Source: the human T2T-CHM13v2.0 reference genome, Homo sapiens
DNA: 64,000 nucleotides
Assembly: GCF_009914755.1 (NCBI RefSeq)
Contig: NC_060934.1
Direction: 5' to 3' (one strand)
Positions 57,186-64,000 of this stretch are shown in pieces. The first letter of the stretch is position 1; the number at the start of each line of letters is the position of its first letter. The notes under the pieces were generated by a model. The model was not told where the DNA came from and did not search any database. It saw only the letters and a list, made by a program, of their open reading frames with translations. The position numbers and the translations under genes were made by a program.

Positions 57186-58074
57186 CTAAAATATTTTCCA
57201 ATCTGGATGCTTTTCTTCCCTTGCCTAATTTTCCTAGCTAGAACCTCCAGTACAATGCTTAATAGCAGTGGCAAGAATAGACATTCTTATGTTGTTCCTT
57301 ATCTTAGCAGGAAAGCGTTCAGTCTTTTACCAATAAGTATGAAGTTTGGGTTTTTTTTAATAGTTGCTCTTTATAAAATAAAATCTCTTTTATTCCTAGT
57401 TTTTTGAGTGTTTTTTTAAAATCATGAAAGGATGTTGGAGTTTTTAAAATGCTTTTTCTGAATTTGTTGAGATGATCATGTAGTTTTGTTCTTCATTCTA
57501 TTAATACAATGTATTATATTGATTGATTTTTGTATGTTCAAACAATATTGCATTCCTGGAATAAGCTTCACTTGGTCATGGTATATAATGCTTTTATGTG
57601 CTACTGGGTTCAATTTGCTGGCATTTTATTTATATTTTTATAGCTGTATTCATAAGGGATTTTGTTCTGTAATTTTTTTTCTTGTGATGTCTGTCTGGCT
57701 TTGGTATCTGGTAATACTGGTCTCTAAAAGTGAGTCCTTAAAAGTGTTCTTTCCTCCTCTATTTTTGGAAGAGTTTGAGAAAGTTAGTGTTAATTTTTAA
57801 ATGTTTGGTAGAACTCATCCATGATGCCAACTGTATCTGGGCTTTTCTTTGTGAATTTATAAAAATATATATTAGTATTTACATCACTTTACTTGTTATA
57901 GAACTGTTTATATTATCCATTTTTTCAGTGTTAGTATTTTATATTGTTCTAGGAATTTGTCATTTCATCTGAGTTATCTTTAAAAGAGATTGCAATGTCT
58001 CCTCTTTCATTTTTTATTTTAATAATTTGCATCTTGTCTATTTTTTGCTTGATAAGTCTAACTAAAGGCTTATT

Positions 58075-59040
58075 GTACCAGACAAATCACTAAGTGACCT
58101 TGAATTGACATTAATACAAATAGTAAGTTTTATCTCAACACCAGTAGCTTAATAACAGCAGATACAAAGCAGGCAGGAAAGGAAATAAAGGATAAATAGT
58201 TACAGAAGACTCTCATTAACTCTGTAGTTACGGGTTAACCATTTAAGCTCTGAATTTTTATTTTCAATTTGCCCATCAGTTTTAAAATATGCACAGGAAT
58301 AGACCATAATATGTAATCAGCTGGATTCCTAGCAAACCTGGCATGCCTCTGAACTTCTGCGGGTGTTCCTACCCTTTCTTCCTTTCCTGCTCTAATGATT
58401 CCTCAGTAGCCAGCATTTTTGCAGAAACAGCACGTTTGCTCTCCTTATCATACTTTTAATATATTAGCTTCTTGCAATATGTGCTCAGGCCTTGTCTGTT
58501 TTCTGAGCATCCTGGTACTCATGTGATGGCCCACATAGCTTCAGCAGTTGGGCAGCTTCACCCCACATACATGTTACCGGCCACCCCAGTATTCCCCCTG
58601 CAGACGCCCCTCCCTCACACATCATTTGGTATCTAGGATCCTGTTCATGATTCCAATTGTGATGAGAAAAACCTTCCCCCAAACTGGGAGGGAACTGAGA
58701 GGCCAAAGAATGACTGTAACAAGTCTAGCTTGGTGAGTAGATGAGTTTATTAAGACTTTACGTGGGGCACTCCTGGATAGTGGCAGAACAGCTCCAGAGA
58801 TCTGCGCCTCCTCCTGTCTCTAAGCTGCTTTTAAGCTAATTTTCTGGCACTTTGCCTGCTGTGTGGCTGTGATGGGGCTGTTTCTCTTGGTAGGTTCTCA
58901 GATCCTTTTGGGGATGTTTGGGTTCTCAGGAACACCTGCTCCTCAGCTGGACACCATGACCTTGGCTCACCATCTGGCCTTCAAGGTTTAAGCAGCAGAC
59001 ATTCACCCTTAAGTAACCTGGTGGAAGACCCATCACACAT
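58075..59040 (-). mobile_element. ERVL-type LTR (58658-~59040) with PBS and leader/internal remnant; family not assigned
   Basis: On the minus strand the LTR ends in CA at 58658, followed by PBS-like TGGAATCATGAACAGGAT (58655-58638); AATAAA at 58746-58751. Confidence 0.65.
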
Positions 59041-59041
59041 A

Positions 59042-59042
<1 letters not shown>

Positions 59043-59083
<41 letters not shown>

Positions 59084-59094
59084 CACACACACAC
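59043..59094. repeat. (CA)n microsatellite
   Basis: Directly visible. Confidence 0.95.
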
Positions 59095-59267
59095 GCATGC
59101 ATTTTGTGTGCTGGAAGAACTGGGCCAGCTGTCTTGGCTGTCTGGAGAGGATATTCTAATATCGTGCATTCTGGATTTGTCTTATCATTTCTTTTGTGGC
59201 GTTAGTTGGTTTCTCTATCTCTTTCTGTAAATAGATATTGGATTTAAAGACTTGATTCGATTCCACT

Positions 59268-63348
<4,081 letters not shown>

Positions 63349-63350
<2 letters not shown>

Positions 63351-64000
63351 CAAGGCTACAGTAACCAAAACAGCATGGTACTGGTACCAAAACAGATATA
63401 TAGACCAATGGAACAGAACAGAGGCCTCAGAAATAACACCACACATCTACAATCATCTGATCTTTGAGAAACCTGACAAAAACAAGAAGTGGGGAAAGGA
63501 TTCCCTATTTAATAAATGGTGCTGGGAAACCTGGCTAGCCATATGTAGAAAGCTGAAACTGGATCCTTTCCTTATACCTTATACAAAAATTAATTCAAGA
63601 TGGATTAAAGACTTAAATGTTAGACCTAAAAGCATAAAAACCCTAGAAGAAAACCTAGGCAATACCATTCAGGACATAGGCATGGGCGAGGACTTCATGA
63701 CCAAAACAACACAAGCAATGGCAACAAAAGCCAAACTAGACAAATGGGATCTAATTAAACTAAAGAGCTTCTGCACAGCAAAAGAAACTACCATCAGAGT
63801 GAACAGGCAACCTACAGAATGGGAGAAAATTTTTGCAATCTACCCATCTGACAAAGGGCTAATATCCAGAATCTACAAAGAACTCAAACAAATTTACAAG
63901 AAATTAAAAAACCTGTCAAAAAGTGGACAAAGGATATGAATGGACAGTTCTCAAAAGAAGACATCTATGCAGCCAACAGACACATGAAAAAATGCTCATC
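63349..64000 (+). mobile_element. L1PA 5'-truncated ORF2 segment, continues past the window end
   Basis: [16 protein letters not shown]... ORF2 peptide. Confidence 0.93.

Overview
Human (primate) genomic DNA from the aldo-keto reductase cluster. Locus identity (chr10p15, AKR1E2 followed by AKR1C6P) is recalled from the protein sequence and gene order, not from a database search. Positions 39-12390 (+) hold the last seven exons (4-10) of AKR1E2, all with intact GT-AG boundaries. Positions ~36000-56297 (-) hold a complete nine-exon unprocessed AKR1C pseudogene (AKR1C6P/tAKR). Its visible lesions are catalytic Tyr55->His, a 1-nt frameshift, a dead splice donor, two nonsense codons and loss of the ancestral stop. 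A lone, diverged AKR1C exon-2 relic lies between the two genes at 24619-24785 (-). The rest is mostly transposon-derived: LTR12C, MER41A with internal sequence, MER4, LTR8, THE1, MST, MLT1/MLT2, an ERVL-type LTR with PBS, many Alus, L2/MIR, old L1M, and three L1PA copies (two with twin-priming inversions). Most long ORFs in the supplied track are L1 ORF2 remnants or repeat artefacts. I found no evidence for a wholly new multi-gene system. The best leads are the splice-acceptor shift adding 19 aa to AKR1E2, the orphan AKR1C exon, a candidate LTR-driven 5' end for AKR1C6P, a strong CTCF site and unusual L1 junctions.
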